Shown piece after piece: positions 1-10,800 of a stretch of 64,000 bases of DNA. This DNA comes from a virus, in the IMG/VR virus record IMGVR_UViG_3300017991_000075, positions 1-64,000 of that record; one strand, written 5' to 3'. The position numbers and the translations under genes were made by a program. The notes beneath the pieces were generated by a model, which saw nothing but the letters and a program-made list of their open reading frames with translations, was not told the DNA's origin and did not search any database. Each line of letters begins with the position of its first letter. Positions within the stretch are counted from its first letter, which is position 1.

Positions 1-2753
1 CAGTCATCACCGATGTCACTAAGAGCTTCGCTCAAGGTGTCATAAGGGTCCCACGGAGAACCGTCAGCGCCACTACTGCCGCCTTCAGATATATGGACAT
101 GTCGCGTGACAGAAGGAGTCCAGGTGGCACCACTACCACCCGTTACCCAGGCATCGAGCTTTCCAGTGCCATCTGCCTTTGGAATGGCGTTTGCAGCCGG
201 TGTTGCTGTAGCGATTTCATCACTGCCTCCGTGCTGATGGGACGAAGAATGCGACAATGGTGTACGAGCATCTGACAGTCTCGAATCGCCGGTATCGATC
301 AAGGTTCCATCAGAGATCTTCGCATTCACCTGGGCGAGTGTAGATGTCGAATGCTCGGCCCCTGCAAGAGCATGCGAACTTGGCGTACGGGGATCACCCG
401 CGTCATCCAGGTTGGCGTCGGAGATCTTCGCGTTGAGCTGTGCGAGCGTAGCTGTACTATGTTCCGCCCCAGCCAAACCGTGCGCATTAGGATCGCGGGG
501 ATCACCCGCATCGTCCAGATTGGCATCAGATATCTTCGCATTGAGCTGTGCGAGCGTAGCTGTACTATGCTCGGCTCCCCCAAGGCCGTGCGCATTAGGA
601 TCGCGGGGATCTCCGGCATCGTCCAAGTTGGCATCGGAGATCTTCGCGTTGAGCTGTGCGAGCGTAGCTGTACTATGTTCCGCCCCAGCCAAACCATGCG
701 CATTTGGATCACGAGGATCTCCGGCATCGTCCAGGTTGGCATCGGAGATCTTCGCGTTGAGCTGTACCAAAGTTGAAGCCGAATGAGATGCCCCACCGAT
801 AGCATGGATGGTCATTCCCGTTACCCAGGCATCGAGCTTTCCAGTGCCATCTGCCTTTGGAATGGCGTTTGCTCCAGGAGTCGCAGTGGCAATCTCATCT
901 CCACCGCCGTGCTGGTGCGAGGAAGCATGGTTGTTTGGATCACGAGGATCACCTGCATCATCCAGGTTGGCATCAGAAACCTTAGCGTTCAATTGAGCAA
1001 GAGTTGCCGTACTATGTTCAGTCCCTGCCAACCCATGTGCGTTCGGATCTCTCGGATCACCTGCGTCATCCAGATTGGCATCAGAAACCTTAGCGTTGAG
1101 CTGAGCAAGAGTGGCCGTGCTATGTTCGGCCCCGGCCAACCCATGCGCATTTGGATCGCGAGGATCACCCGCGTCATCCATATTGGCATCACTAACCAAA
1201 GCATTCAATTGAGCAAGAGTAGAAGCCGTATGCTTCACACCACCGAGAGCATGCGCTACGGTGTTATCAACAACAGTACCATTCTCAACGTTATCGCCAA
1301 CTGTGCCGGTTGAGCCTGTCTTCAGCCACTGCGTCAGACCTGTCTCCAACACACTTGAATTCACGATCACATTGACAGTCGGGGCGGCCGTCACATCCTC
1401 TGCGATAACCGGCCAATCGGCAGCACCGCTGAAATGACAATCAGTGATTTGAACGATACAGTTATTGATGAGCGTGATGAATGGGTTCGTCGTACCACGC
1501 ACCAGGCGTACGTTGTGAAGAACCAGACGATTCGTGACATCGGCCTGTACTTCATTGTTGAAGGAACCCGTCACATTGACATCATCAAGAGTCAGGTTCG
1601 CGTAATGAGCAACTGGATCACCGGCCGTATCCACGGGGAACCAACCGAGCAACTGCTGCGTGATGGCTGCACCCGCCTGAAGATTCGGAGTACGGGCGAT
1701 GTACGCATTGTCAATCTGGTAGTCAGCCAAATCCTTGTCATCGAATAACTTGTAACGAGTCAACAACCCTGGCGAATAATAGTCGTGCAGGATCGTCAAC
1801 TGTGAAATGCTGACAGTTGCCCCATCGGGACAGGTCAGCAACGCCGTTGAAGCGCTGCTCCCATATACCTGTGCGCCTTTGATAACGATGACATTAGTTC
1901 TGCCGGCAGCAAGCTCGATAATGCCGTCATCTTCGTTGTTGACAGGCATCGTAATATCGTTGGCATTCATAAACATGCCAAGAGGAGCTGATAGCGGGTA
2001 ATTTAGCTGAGAAGTTGTAATCCCCTGTGATGTAACAATCGTCAAGCACTCCATCCGACGAGCACTCATACCTTGTCCGGCCGTCGAAGATGAAATGCCG
2101 CCGCCACGCAGCAAGAGACCCATACGGCCATCAAATGCCGCAGCAGGAGACCCGTCACTTTGATATGGCAGGATCTCATTGGGCATGAGGAGAACATCAT
2201 CGATAGACCACACGGCGAGTTCTTCATTCAACCGGACATCACACTTGCGGATGGTGAGCCGATCGTCCTCAACCGCTCTAAAGGTGACATGCTTGAACTG
2301 ATGCAGATCAAGAACCTTGTCACCGTAATTCGTGCCGATGTCAAGATACTGAGAAGTAGCGTCATCCCTCCGCTTGAAGTACACGATGACTGAAGCAGTG
2401 TTGACACTGTAAGCCGCAGCAAGATCCAGGTGGAACTTCGCTAGAGCAGCATCAACGTCAGCGATAACATCCTCGAAGTACATCTCAACAACAGGTGGAG
2501 TAGCTTCCACGCTGAAAAGCCCATAGTCGTGCATGAACTCTTCAGCCAGTCTGTTGATCGCATCCAGATCCGTAGGATCTTGCATCAGCGGAATATTACC
2601 CACGAAATCGCTGGTCAATCCCGCAGCAGCAAGTTTTGCTGCGAACTGAGAGGCGTATCCGCCAGAGGTGATGATACCGTGCCGCATCAGGACCGATTCA
2701 CGGAGCCGAACTGCCGGGTCCTTGCTGACTATACTGTTGTTGTCAATCGCCAT
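1..2753 (-). CDS. Tail-fibre/adhesin-like protein, partial (3' end runs off the window; >917 aa; not in ORF track)
   Basis: Hand translation from ATG at 2753 (MAIDNNSIVSKDPAVRL...) stays open to position 1. Contains 8 copies of a 36-aa repeat, two HxSSHQHGGxDEI motifs typical of phage fibres, and ends in ...ADGSPWDPYDTLSEALSDIG, resembling the GxGxxxxPYxTI start of beta-helix domains. Confidence 0.8.
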   Translation of the reverse strand, partial: MAIDNNSIVSKDPAVRLRESVLMRHGIITSGGYASQFAAKLAAAGLTSDFVGNIPLMQDPTDLDAINRLAEEFMHDYGLFSVEATPPVVEMYFEDVIADVDAALAKFHLDLAAAYSVNTASVIVYFKRRDDATSQYLDIGTNYGDKVLDLHQFKHVTFRAVEDDRLTIRKCDVRLNEELAVWSIDDVLLMPNEILPYQSDGSPAAAFDGRMGLLLRGGGISSSTAGQGMSARRMECLTIVTSQGITTSQLNYPLSAPLGMFMNANDITMPVNNEDDGIIELAAGRTNVIVIKGAQVYGSSASTALLTCPDGATVSISQLTILHDYYSPGLLTRYKLFDDKDLADYQIDNAYIARTPNLQAGAAITQQLLGWFPVDTAGDPVAHYANLTLDDVNVTGSFNNEVQADVTNRLVLHNVRLVRGTTNPFITLINNCIVQITDCHFSGAADWPVIAEDVTAAPTVNVIVNSSVLETGLTQWLKTGSTGTVGDNVENGTVVDNTVAHALGGVKHTASTLAQLNALVSDANMDDAGDPRDPNAHGLAGAEHSTATLAQLNAKVSDANLDDAGDPRDPNAHGLAGTEHSTATLAQLNAKVSDANLDDAGDPRDPNNHASSHQHGGGDEIATATPGANAIPKADGTGKLDAWVTGMTIHAIGGASHSASTLVQLNAKISDANLDDAGDPRDPNAHGLAGAEHSTATLAQLNAKISDANLDDAGDPRDPNAHGLGGAEHSTATLAQLNAKISDANLDDAGDPRDPNAHGLAGAEHSTATLAQLNAKISDANLDDAGDPRTPSSHALAGAEHSTSTLAQVNAKISDGTLIDTGDSRLSDARTPLSHSSSHQHGGSDEIATATPAANAIPKADGTGKLDAWVTGGSGATWTPSVTRHVHISEGGSSGADGSPWDPYDTLSEALSDIGDD
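140..1253 (-). repeat. Coding tandem repeat: 8 x 108 bp (HGLAGAEHSTATLAQLNAKISDANLDDAGDPRDPNA) arranged 3+5, each block followed by an HxSSHQHGG..KLDAWV unit
   Basis: Directly visible 108-bp periodicity with mostly synonymous differences; a ~55-bp block is identical at about 140-194 and 818-872. Confidence 0.9.
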
Positions 2754-2799
2754 GCCTTCACCCTTTATCATAAGGAAGAAAAGAACTCTCTCACCTTAC

Positions 2800-3174
2800 C
2801 TACGATTTGTCCTCGATCTTGTCCTGGCTAATCAGGACGGGTGGAGGCGGGTGCCTTCCTTTATGGGGGACCTTACACCAATACCCCTCAGAATTGATAG
2901 CAGGCTCCAATACCGTCAACACAGTCCCGGCGGGGATCGGTCTACCATCGACCACTACGCGATCGGAAAGCTTCACCTGCTTAGGCAGGGCCGTGAGAGG
3001 GTGAACGAAACGTCCTTCTTTGGGAGATACCTGGCCGCACAAGAAGTTATCGCCCTTGTATCGAAGGATAAGGCAGCCATCGCACTCTTCCCACGGTAAT
3101 TCCTCCGTAGGAAATCTACCGGCGATCTCGTACTCGCCGCGTAGACAATTACGCTGCCTCTTTCGTCTTGGCAT
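2800..3174 (-). CDS. Hypothetical protein
   Basis: 124-aa ORF tightly packed in the minus-strand gene run. Confidence 0.6.
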   Translation of the reverse strand: MPRRKRQRNCLRGEYEIAGRFPTEELPWEECDGCLILRYKGDNFLCGQVSPKEGRFVHPLTALPKQVKLSDRVVVDGRPIPAGTVLTVLEPAINSEGYWCKVPHKGRHPPPPVLISQDKIEDKS

Positions 3175-3437
3175 CAGAATCGGATCTCGTCATCGTTGAG
3201 GTCCCTATAGTAGACCCCACCCTCTTCATAAGCGTCTTCCACCCTGGAGCAGCATCTACCGAACTGATGCCCTTCAGGGAACTGCGGATGTTTGGATTTC
3301 ACCACACGAAATACTCTGTGGTTCTGACGAGATCCGTCAGAAATGCAGCGAGCCACCACATTCCGTGGTGGCTGCCATGGTTTGCAGTCCTGTCCGGGAA
3401 TATCCGGTGAAAACGCTACGAGGTCTCCTCCTTGCAT
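3174..3437 (-). CDS. Hypothetical protein (likely start MQGG at 3437)
   Basis: Fills the gap between neighbours; GAGG upstream of the ATG; stop overlaps the next start. Confidence 0.5.
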   Translation of the reverse strand: MQGGDLVAFSPDIPGQDCKPWQPPRNVVARCISDGSRQNHRVFRVVKSKHPQFPEGHQFGRCCSRVEDAYEEGGVYYRDLNDDEIRF

Positions 3438-4297
3438 ATGTGCCTCATCGTTACAGGATCGAAGAACGGTCTCAAGTCGAAGTACACCATAGGCCAACAA
3501 ATTGTGTTGTCCAGGTTCGACCTGTCAAAAAGCCATGATAGCAATTTCGAATCAGGATGCACCTGTTCGACTTCAAGAAACCCGGCGCTGTTCTTTTCAG
3601 TAGGATGTGAATCAGGAACATTCGCTGGCCGCAAGTGTTTTAGATCCTCGATGTCTTCGTTTTCCGTAGCGTCAGAACCAGCCCACAACATCTCAACCTT
3701 GTCGAGAGTCTCGAAACTGTCTTCCTCGACGACAACAAAACAACCACCAACAATACGAGCTTTACGTCGGCATAACATCAGAGAATCCGGATTAGTGATG
3801 GTGTTAGAGAACTTGAACTTGAGAGCCTCATCACCATCCTGAATAATCTCTTCCTCTTCCTTATCAATGAACGATCTCTTGACCGTCTTGTTGTGCTTCT
3901 TCAACTTGTCAGCAGACCATTGTCTCTCACCGCTAACTCGCACGAAACCACTACGAATGTAATAAAGCGATTCACACAGCGTGAACCCTTCGATCAACGA
4001 TACCACCATCCATAGCGGAAGAATCAACGGCCACTCATGCAGCTTGACGTTCTCAACGGCCTCAAGTAGTTTGACAACGCGATGACGCCGTTCACTATCA
4101 GGAGATAGCATGATGTCCATTTGACGTTCCGCTGTGAGAGCTTCTATCTGCTTTTCCTGGCAAACACTCTCCTCAAGAAGATCCGCAAGAAATTCCTGTA
4201 TGTCGGCTTCAGGCCCTACCAGCAAATGGAAACTCTCGTTTGAAAGAGTATCCGCAATACGGAGTGCCTGCTTTGCAAACTTTCTCATGTTCTTCAT
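3416..4297 (-). CDS. Hypothetical protein, possible degenerate S4-like RNA-binding segment
   Basis: 293-aa ORF with AGGAG RBS; ESLYYIRSGFVRVSGE resembles the S4 motif (..EA...I..G.V.V.G). Confidence 0.6.
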   Translation of the reverse strand: MKNMRKFAKQALRIADTLSNESFHLLVGPEADIQEFLADLLEESVCQEKQIEALTAERQMDIMLSPDSERRHRVVKLLEAVENVKLHEWPLILPLWMVVSLIEGFTLCESLYYIRSGFVRVSGERQWSADKLKKHNKTVKRSFIDKEEEEIIQDGDEALKFKFSNTITNPDSLMLCRRKARIVGGCFVVVEEDSFETLDKVEMLWAGSDATENEDIEDLKHLRPANVPDSHPTEKNSAGFLEVEQVHPDSKLLSWLFDRSNLDNTICWPMVYFDLRPFFDPVTMRHICKEETS

Positions 4298-4620
4298 GCC
4301 TGTACTCCTATAGCTGGCGGCGGCGGGAGCATGACTATCGGAGGCGGTGCCGGCAGCACCGGTTTCTTAGGCTTAGGCTTCGGATCTCGTAATGCTGATT
4401 GATCAGAAGCATCAAACTCGGCGAGCACCTCAATAGGCTTTTCAGAATCTGTAAGCCAATCAACAGCAGTCGGCTCCACATGGCCGCCACGAACAACATA
4501 ATTATTCGTCCTGAGAATCTGCTCAAGATGTCGAGCGATCTGTGATGGCTCCAGATCGGGCGGCAAATAACAGCCACCTCGAACGGAGAACAACACATAC
4601 TGTCCTTTTCTATCTGGCAT
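4294..4620 (-). CDS. Hypothetical protein with Pro-rich C-terminus
   Basis: GGAGG RBS; ATGA overlap with the downstream gene. Confidence 0.65.
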   Translation of the reverse strand: MPDRKGQYVLFSVRGGCYLPPDLEPSQIARHLEQILRTNNYVVRGGHVEPTAVDWLTDSEKPIEVLAEFDASDQSALRDPKPKPKKPVLPAPPPIVMLPPPPAIGVQA

Positions 4621-4822
4621 TTGAATCCTCCATCAACCATTCATGAAACTTGGTTTTCAAATCACGAAGCACGGCCACTTTCAAACCGTGCTTCTTTCGT
4701 ATCTGCCTGTCGGGCCTTCCTTCAAGCAGCTCACAAAAAATTGTTTTGAGGGTCAGGCTGTCAACGACAGTACCACGACCCTCATAACTCATTTCACTAC
4801 CCGTCTTCCTCCATCGGCTCAT
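4610..4822 (-). CDS. Small putative HTH DNA-binding protein
   Basis: LLEGRPDRQIRKKHGLKVAVLR has HTH spacing. Confidence 0.45.
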   Translation of the reverse strand: MSRWRKTGSEMSYEGRGTVVDSLTLKTIFCELLEGRPDRQIRKKHGLKVAVLRDLKTKFHEWLMEDSNAR

Positions 4823-5090
4823 TCACCGGCTCCACGAAGATCAGCACTGTTGGTTTCTCTTTCGAAACAACGAGATGACGATTAGTAACTTCAACGATAA
4901 CAATGTGATCTCGACCTTCAACATAAACGTAGATCTTATCACCAACAACAAGGTCACAGGACTGTATTGGTAAATGCGATGGACTCGACCGTATTGCTTC
5001 TTTCAGAAAAGTCTCTATCGCAAGATCTAATTCCTTGTCTCCAGATTGTGAATGAAATTCAACCGTAGCAAGTGGCATCAGCATTGTCAT
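4797..5090 (-). CDS. Hypothetical protein
   Basis: 97-aa ORF overlapping both neighbours, GGAG RBS. Confidence 0.6.
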   Translation of the reverse strand: MTMLMPLATVEFHSQSGDKELDLAIETFLKEAIRSSPSHLPIQSCDLVVGDKIYVYVEGRDHIVIVEVTNRHLVVSKEKPTVLIFVEPVNEPMEEDG

Positions 5091-5770
5091 TTCCGCTCTC
5101 CTTTCGCGGGATCAATTGACTTTGCCTCAGCATCAATGATAGCAGGATCAAGCTCGTTCACGTTCGGCTTAGCACGACTGGTAATCATCTCAAGCACCAC
5201 ATTGAGTACATTCGCAAGCTTCGGATGATCCGCGATATCAATCGACATCAACGGCTTGTTGCCTGCATTTACAGCAGCACTGATGAAACCACCGTTAGAA
5301 AGCTGATCGTAGATGTCCTTTTGGAATTTCAAGAACTCTTTGAATCTCTTATACGAGAAGTCACTTTCTTGATTACTTCCTTCTAACAAAGAAAGTGTCG
5401 CATCTTGATAATACAGTTCCGCCTGTTTTTGCAGTACGGCCTGTATACACCACATGCGTTTCATATAGTTGGTCTTGAAATCATGAACTTGAACGCTCGC
5501 CCACAACTTCTTACGCTCGGCTTCCCAGCCTTCTTTATCGGCCACTCTCCTTACAGAAGTACGATGCAATGAATAGATGCGACACAACGATGTGATATTG
5601 ATGTACTGATCAGAGAAATAATGCCCTTTGATAAGAGCTTGTTCTCCTTCCGGCAAAGTAACATAACCCCGTAAATCCGAGGCAGGCTCCGAAACAACAG
5701 GCGGCTGTGGTTGCGGCGCTGGTGGCACCGGCATCATATCAGCGGGTTTCGGAGTCTGCGCATCGGACAC
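5087..5770 (-). CDS. HTH protein resembling a terminase small subunit
   Basis: ITSLCRIYSLHRTSVRRVADKEGWEAERKK fits the HTH+W..R pattern of many TerS N-termini, followed by helical segments; GTG start with AGGAG. Confidence 0.45.
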   Translation of the reverse strand: MSDAQTPKPADMMPVPPAPQPQPPVVSEPASDLRGYVTLPEGEQALIKGHYFSDQYINITSLCRIYSLHRTSVRRVADKEGWEAERKKLWASVQVHDFKTNYMKRMWCIQAVLQKQAELYYQDATLSLLEGSNQESDFSYKRFKEFLKFQKDIYDQLSNGGFISAAVNAGNKPLMSIDIADHPKLANVLNVVLEMITSRAKPNVNELDPAIIDAEAKSIDPAKGERK

Positions 5771-5782
5771 GGTTGGCTCCTC

Positions 5783-7285
5783 TTAGTAAGGCGGCTGTTG
5801 AGGCGCTGGTGGCGCTGTTGGGGCGACGGGCGGCGGTGGCGGCGCTGCTGCCTGTTGAGCAACTTGCGCTGCTTGCTGTGGTGGCATTTGTGCCGCAGGT
5901 CCAGGTTGCGTCGGCTGTGGAGCTGCCGGTTGCTGCGGGACCTGTGGAGCAGGTGGTGCGCCTACAACGTTAGGCACTCCTTGTGGCGTAGTAGGAGCTG
6001 TTTGCCCAACGGGAGCCGAGAACGCAGGCGCTGCCCCAGGAACTGCAGGCCCTGCAGGCGGTGCAGGAGCTTGCGCCGGTCCCGGCTGTGGTCCCGGTAC
6101 AGGCGGTTGCATAGGCGGCTGTTGTGCCGGTGCAGCGGGCATTGCCGGTGCGGCCGTCTGCGGTTGCTGTGGCACCCCAGGCGCAGGCGGAGGCGGCGGT
6201 GATGCGGCCGGTTGCGCAGGCGGTACAGACGGCGATGCAACCTGCCCTGTCACAGGAGCCTGCGGCGGCATACCATATCCCGGCGTCGGGGCCGGTCCCG
6301 GTGCTGCAGCAGGAACACTTGCCTGACTTTGACCAAAACGCTGTTCAAGTTTCGGCATGAGTTCATCCATCGCGTTCTGGATCTCATCAGGCGTCGTCCA
6401 CTCGAACAGATTGACCCAAGGGACAACCTTGCCGAGCAACTTGTAGATCATCTCCATGTCGGGACTGCCATCAGCAAGCATCGACATAGGATACCCGAAG
6501 TCAGCTCCCGCCTGCTGATAGGGAGGCCCATAGATCGCGTGGATCGTACCGTAGCTTGTGTCGAACTGTCCTGTCCCTTCACGAGTGACTGACAAGTTCA
6601 CACCGTACCACAGAGGATCAAGCACATTGCGACGATGGCCGAAAGGTTCCTCGAAACAATAGTACCTCCAGCTCTGGTGAAAGTCACTGTCCCACACCAT
6701 GAGAGCCGACACGCCAAGGGTGTCATCCTTCGTGTGAAAAGCCTGCCCGTTTTTACCATAATTGACGACCTGCATCACGATGCGCCTTCTCACGAACAAC
6801 GCTGACCTGATAGCATTCTCCAACGGCGTACAAGCGGATTTTTTCTTGTACCGTATCTTCCCGTAGTTTGGATCTTCAAGAAACGCTTGAGCCGGGTCGA
6901 TCTGTGTTGCCGGTGCTCCCGGTATGCCATCAGTCGCGGGTGATACCTTGATCGCTCCGGGGAACAGTGTCATGCCTTTGCTGTCACTGTCATCCTTCGC
7001 GGGCAAGTACAGATCAAACGTCGCATAGGCGAAACCTTTCTCCCATGTGACATTCTGACCCTGCTGCAACAGTGGCAGATTCTCCTGAATCGCAGCATGA
7101 TCCGGCATTACTCTGAAGTGAGAAGCACCGACATCAAACTTGTTGAGAGGTAGAGCACAGCCATCAAGCTGAAGGCCGGACTCTTCTTTCTCGTGCTTCT
7201 CTTGGGATGCCCGTATGTTTTGCATGTACTCTGGCAGAGCCTGCTGCGCCTGCGGGCCGGGCGCTTGGTTTGGAATTCCTGACAT
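5783..7285 (-). CDS. Single-stranded DNA-binding protein (gp32-like) with ~180-aa Pro/Ala/Gln tail
   Basis: FRVMP near the N-terminus and LDPLWYGVNLSVTREGTGQFDTSY (DP..G.D..I.R.G.G..T.Y pattern); next to the polymerase. Confidence 0.7.
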   Translation of the reverse strand: MSGIPNQAPGPQAQQALPEYMQNIRASQEKHEKEESGLQLDGCALPLNKFDVGASHFRVMPDHAAIQENLPLLQQGQNVTWEKGFAYATFDLYLPAKDDSDSKGMTLFPGAIKVSPATDGIPGAPATQIDPAQAFLEDPNYGKIRYKKKSACTPLENAIRSALFVRRRIVMQVVNYGKNGQAFHTKDDTLGVSALMVWDSDFHQSWRYYCFEEPFGHRRNVLDPLWYGVNLSVTREGTGQFDTSYGTIHAIYGPPYQQAGADFGYPMSMLADGSPDMEMIYKLLGKVVPWVNLFEWTTPDEIQNAMDELMPKLEQRFGQSQASVPAAAPGPAPTPGYGMPPQAPVTGQVASPSVPPAQPAASPPPPPAPGVPQQPQTAAPAMPAAPAQQPPMQPPVPGPQPGPAQAPAPPAGPAVPGAAPAFSAPVGQTAPTTPQGVPNVVGAPPAPQVPQQPAAPQPTQPGPAAQMPPQQAAQVAQQAAAPPPPPVAPTAPPAPQQPPY

Positions 7286-7304
7286 TGTAAACGTTCTCCA
7301 TCGA

Positions 7305-7835
7305 TTATTGAAACTGCCCCGGCGGGGCTATACCTGACGCTGGCGGGGGCGGCATGTCACTTGCGGATGCCATGCTTCCATCGTATCGCCCCATGCCACT
7401 ACTATACTGTGACGGTGCTCTTTGTTCTCCTTCCTTTGCTGCTTCAGCCATGAAGCGTAAACGAGGCAAATACGTCCGCCTCAGATTCTCGATCATAGCC
7501 TGAATCTGGTCACGCTCAATACGTGTCCTGTTATAAGTCTCATCTGAAGCTTTCCAGATGTTCGCGAAATGCGTGTCTGTCCCTGGGTTCACCGGCCCAT
7601 TCTGAGGATTGGTGTTCTTGGGAATCTGTTTGAATCTTTGATAAGCGGCCGCCTTGTTCATGGCATGCCGCCTCTCGATATGCGGCAACGCTCTAGTGAG
7701 AGCCGCAAGCAGATCGCAACCGATTTCCCAGGCATTGTCAATACCGAAATTGCTGGCCTCGATGATCGGCGTGATGTCAAAGTTCTGTTGAACACCCCAC
7801 TCATCCATGTAACTGAATATACGGTGATTCGACAT
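7305..7835 (-). CDS. Putative UvsY-like recombination mediator
   Basis: All-helical 176 aa between Pol and SSB; TDTHFANIWKASDETY resembles the TE..I...I..D..Y pattern. Confidence 0.4.
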   Translation of the reverse strand: MSNHRIFSYMDEWGVQQNFDITPIIEASNFGIDNAWEIGCDLLAALTRALPHIERRHAMNKAAAYQRFKQIPKNTNPQNGPVNPGTDTHFANIWKASDETYNRTRIERDQIQAMIENLRRTYLPRLRFMAEAAKEGEQRAPSQYSSGMGRYDGSMASASDMPPPPASGIAPPGQFQ

Positions 7836-7844
7836 TTGTTCTCC

Positions 7845-10800
7845 TTAGATATATGGCGTGCTGCAGAACTCTTTCAAAGGATCAAGGTAACTGTGCTCAG
7901 AGAGACTCTGATACCAGTGCTCGTAAGGAACCACTCCGGTGTTTACATAAGGAAGCAAGTCAGATCCGATAACACTCAGATCCTCGATTCCCTTCTTCTC
8001 CTTCAGCGTAGTAGTATCATGAGCCTTGGACAAGTCAATCATCGAGCCCCAGGATGTACCCGCTTCGCCATCGGCCAGAATTGGCACAGGAGTCCCGACC
8101 AAGAACTGGAACGGAACATGCTCCATAACGTACTTGGTAGCGACTGCGACGATCGGCATTTCTCCTGGGGGGCAGTCCCATATGATCGAGTCATGGACTG
8201 AAATCACGACTCTCGATTTCAAACCCAGTCTCTTCGCCCAATTGTTCAACGTGAACCACGTCAACGTCATCATGTCACTGCCAGGACTTTGAATCTGAAA
8301 ATTGATTGCCTGACGTTTCGCCTGTGAAACGATATACTTCTCAGATGAAAAGAACGTAGGCAGATAACGCCGACGACCAGTTACTGTCCAAACGCAACAA
8401 GTATCGCGCAACGACTGCACGGTCTTCTGCTCGAACACTTTGTACTCAGGCATTCGAGCATACATCTTATCGAGGATGTCTTTGGTCTCATCCTCTGAAA
8501 TAATGAGGCCCTTCTTCGTAAGATCCTCAGCGATTCCCTTCGGAGATTCACCATAGAGAGGACCGAACCATATCGATTTGGTGTGTCCTCTGTACTCCCC
8601 GTTGTTAGCGAGGCATTCCTCGGAAGTCTTGTTCCATACTTCCATCGCAAGTTCAAGGTGAAGATCAGCACCTTCCTGATACCTCTCGATCATCCATGAG
8701 ATACCTGCAACGATTCCAAACAGACGCAGCTCCAACTGACTGAAGTCCCATTGCATCAAAGCGCCTGTCGGATCGATGTGTTTCGTGACAAACAGTTTCT
8801 TGATCGGCTTACTACCAGCACCCCTCGTCTTCATGGTTTGTATCGGCGGTTCTACTGCCGACTTACGGCCTGTCCTTGTACCCTTTCCTTTCTCCTTATT
8901 ACCTTGACCGCGATCGTTTCCTGTCATGATGAAGGAAGGATGGCACAAACCATCGTCCCTGATATACCCGATGCCGGTTTTCTTCTTTCCTTTAGTATCG
9001 ACGTACTCGTACTGTCCTTGCTGAAAAGGCAAGCAGTACGTACTGAGATTTTTCTGCCAGGTCCGCACATCGATGATTGCTTGACATACCGGGTCCTGCT
9101 CCTTCAGCTTGTTCATCGATTCCTTGTCAGTAGAAGCTCCACCGCTAGGCGTTGCCTTGACAGGATTGAGACCACAGTAACGTTTACCATACAAGAACTT
9201 CTGAAGATCTGGGTTGCTGTGAGGATTCAGCTCCAGCTCACTGACACGGTAGGTGCTGTTCTTCGCAAGAGAATCTCTTGTCTTGAGCATTACCTTCGCC
9301 ATACGTAGCTCATCAAAACCACCAGGCGCATACTCTCTCCCGGTCTGCCCATCCTCAGAAAACCATGCAACCGGCTTGTCGGCATGATGCATGCAGTGCT
9401 CGAAGTCTCTGTATATAAACCCTTCGTCACTCTGCAGATACTTGCCCTTGCCCTTCAAATCTTTTGATTTATCAACCATCCAAACCTTGTGTGCTGTCGT
9501 ATTCACTATAGGAATCTTGGCAGCATCAAGTTTTGTTTGGAAGTCAATCAACATCGAGTCTCGATGAGGTGTGTTGATAGCGACACCAGCAACCTGTGTC
9601 TCGATGACTGATCTCACATCAGGCATCGTCATCTTGTAAAAGTAATCGAGCATGTTGATGCTTCGAAGTTCTTCTTCGTACTTGACCCTCAACTGTTCTG
9701 TCGCATCCGCGTCAGCACAGCAGTAACGACCAAGCACATCGAGTGACACATGATTCTCATAGCAACGATTACCCGCCGTTACCTTCTTACCCTTCTCGTC
9801 ACGAAAACCATCGAGCAGCTCGTCATCATAGTAGCCCAGATCAGTATCCATCTCAGACAGGTACTTCAAACTATGAAACAGATTCTCATCAATCAGACCA
9901 TGAGCGAGCTGAGTGTCGAAATGGATGTTAGTTACCTCATACCCGTACTTGATTCTGAGGTAAGTTCCATCGTACGCGACGTTATGAGCGGTCTTCTCTG
10001 CAGGACTCTGCAAAGTCCCTTGCAGCGCCTGCAGAACATCGGCCAGACGATCCTTGTATGGGCAATCCTTGTGGTGCAGCGGAATGAAATAGGAGTTTCG
10101 ATGAACGTCAGCAAAACCAACACCAAGCACCTTCGACTTACTTGTGTAGGGGTCCAGAGCATACGGTGCCGGTCCCGCCTCGATATCGAACGCAAACCGA
10201 TCAAGACCCGCAAAGTATTGCAGTACCTGGATCGCAAAGTCGGCATCCTTTACGACATGATAATTCCTACCGGCAAATGTATCTGCGGCAGGATACGTGC
10301 CATCGAGAATACCCCTGATCTTCGTGAAATCGTGCATGATCTCTTTGAACACGAACGGTTCTCTGAAAGCCCATGCGATGTTCGATGTCTTCAACACATG
10401 ACATGGAAACTCACCACGATCCAACGAAGCCACAAAACGTTTCTTTTCCCCCACCAGAGGAGCTGATAGAGGGATCTGCCTGGGGACTTCCTGCACAAAT
10501 CCGCGTGTACGCTGAGGGAGTCCCAGAGCAGCGTACACATCTGTTTTCGCAGCACCACCTACACCGAATACAATGCGGGGTCTGTAGCGTGCGATCTCAA
10601 GAGCAAGCAAGTCAGCACAGTGCTTGTAGTGCTCCATAGTGGGTTTTGTCGCCCCTGATGGACAACGAACCAAAGACGCAAACCTAACATGCGGCACAGG
10701 ATCATCGATCTGCATCGCCTGAGCGATCTGTGCCATAATAAAGTTGCGTACCTGTTCGTCACCACAAACACCACCAGCCATTGAATCTTCATCCACGATA

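Noticed and set aside
140-1253. Diversity-generating retroelement TR/VR pair
   Set aside because: Differences between copies are mostly synonymous and not adenine-specific, and there is no reverse transcriptase in the window.
93-3099. Plus-strand and alternate-frame ORFs over the repeat region
   Set aside because: Shadows of the long minus-strand fibre gene and its neighbour.
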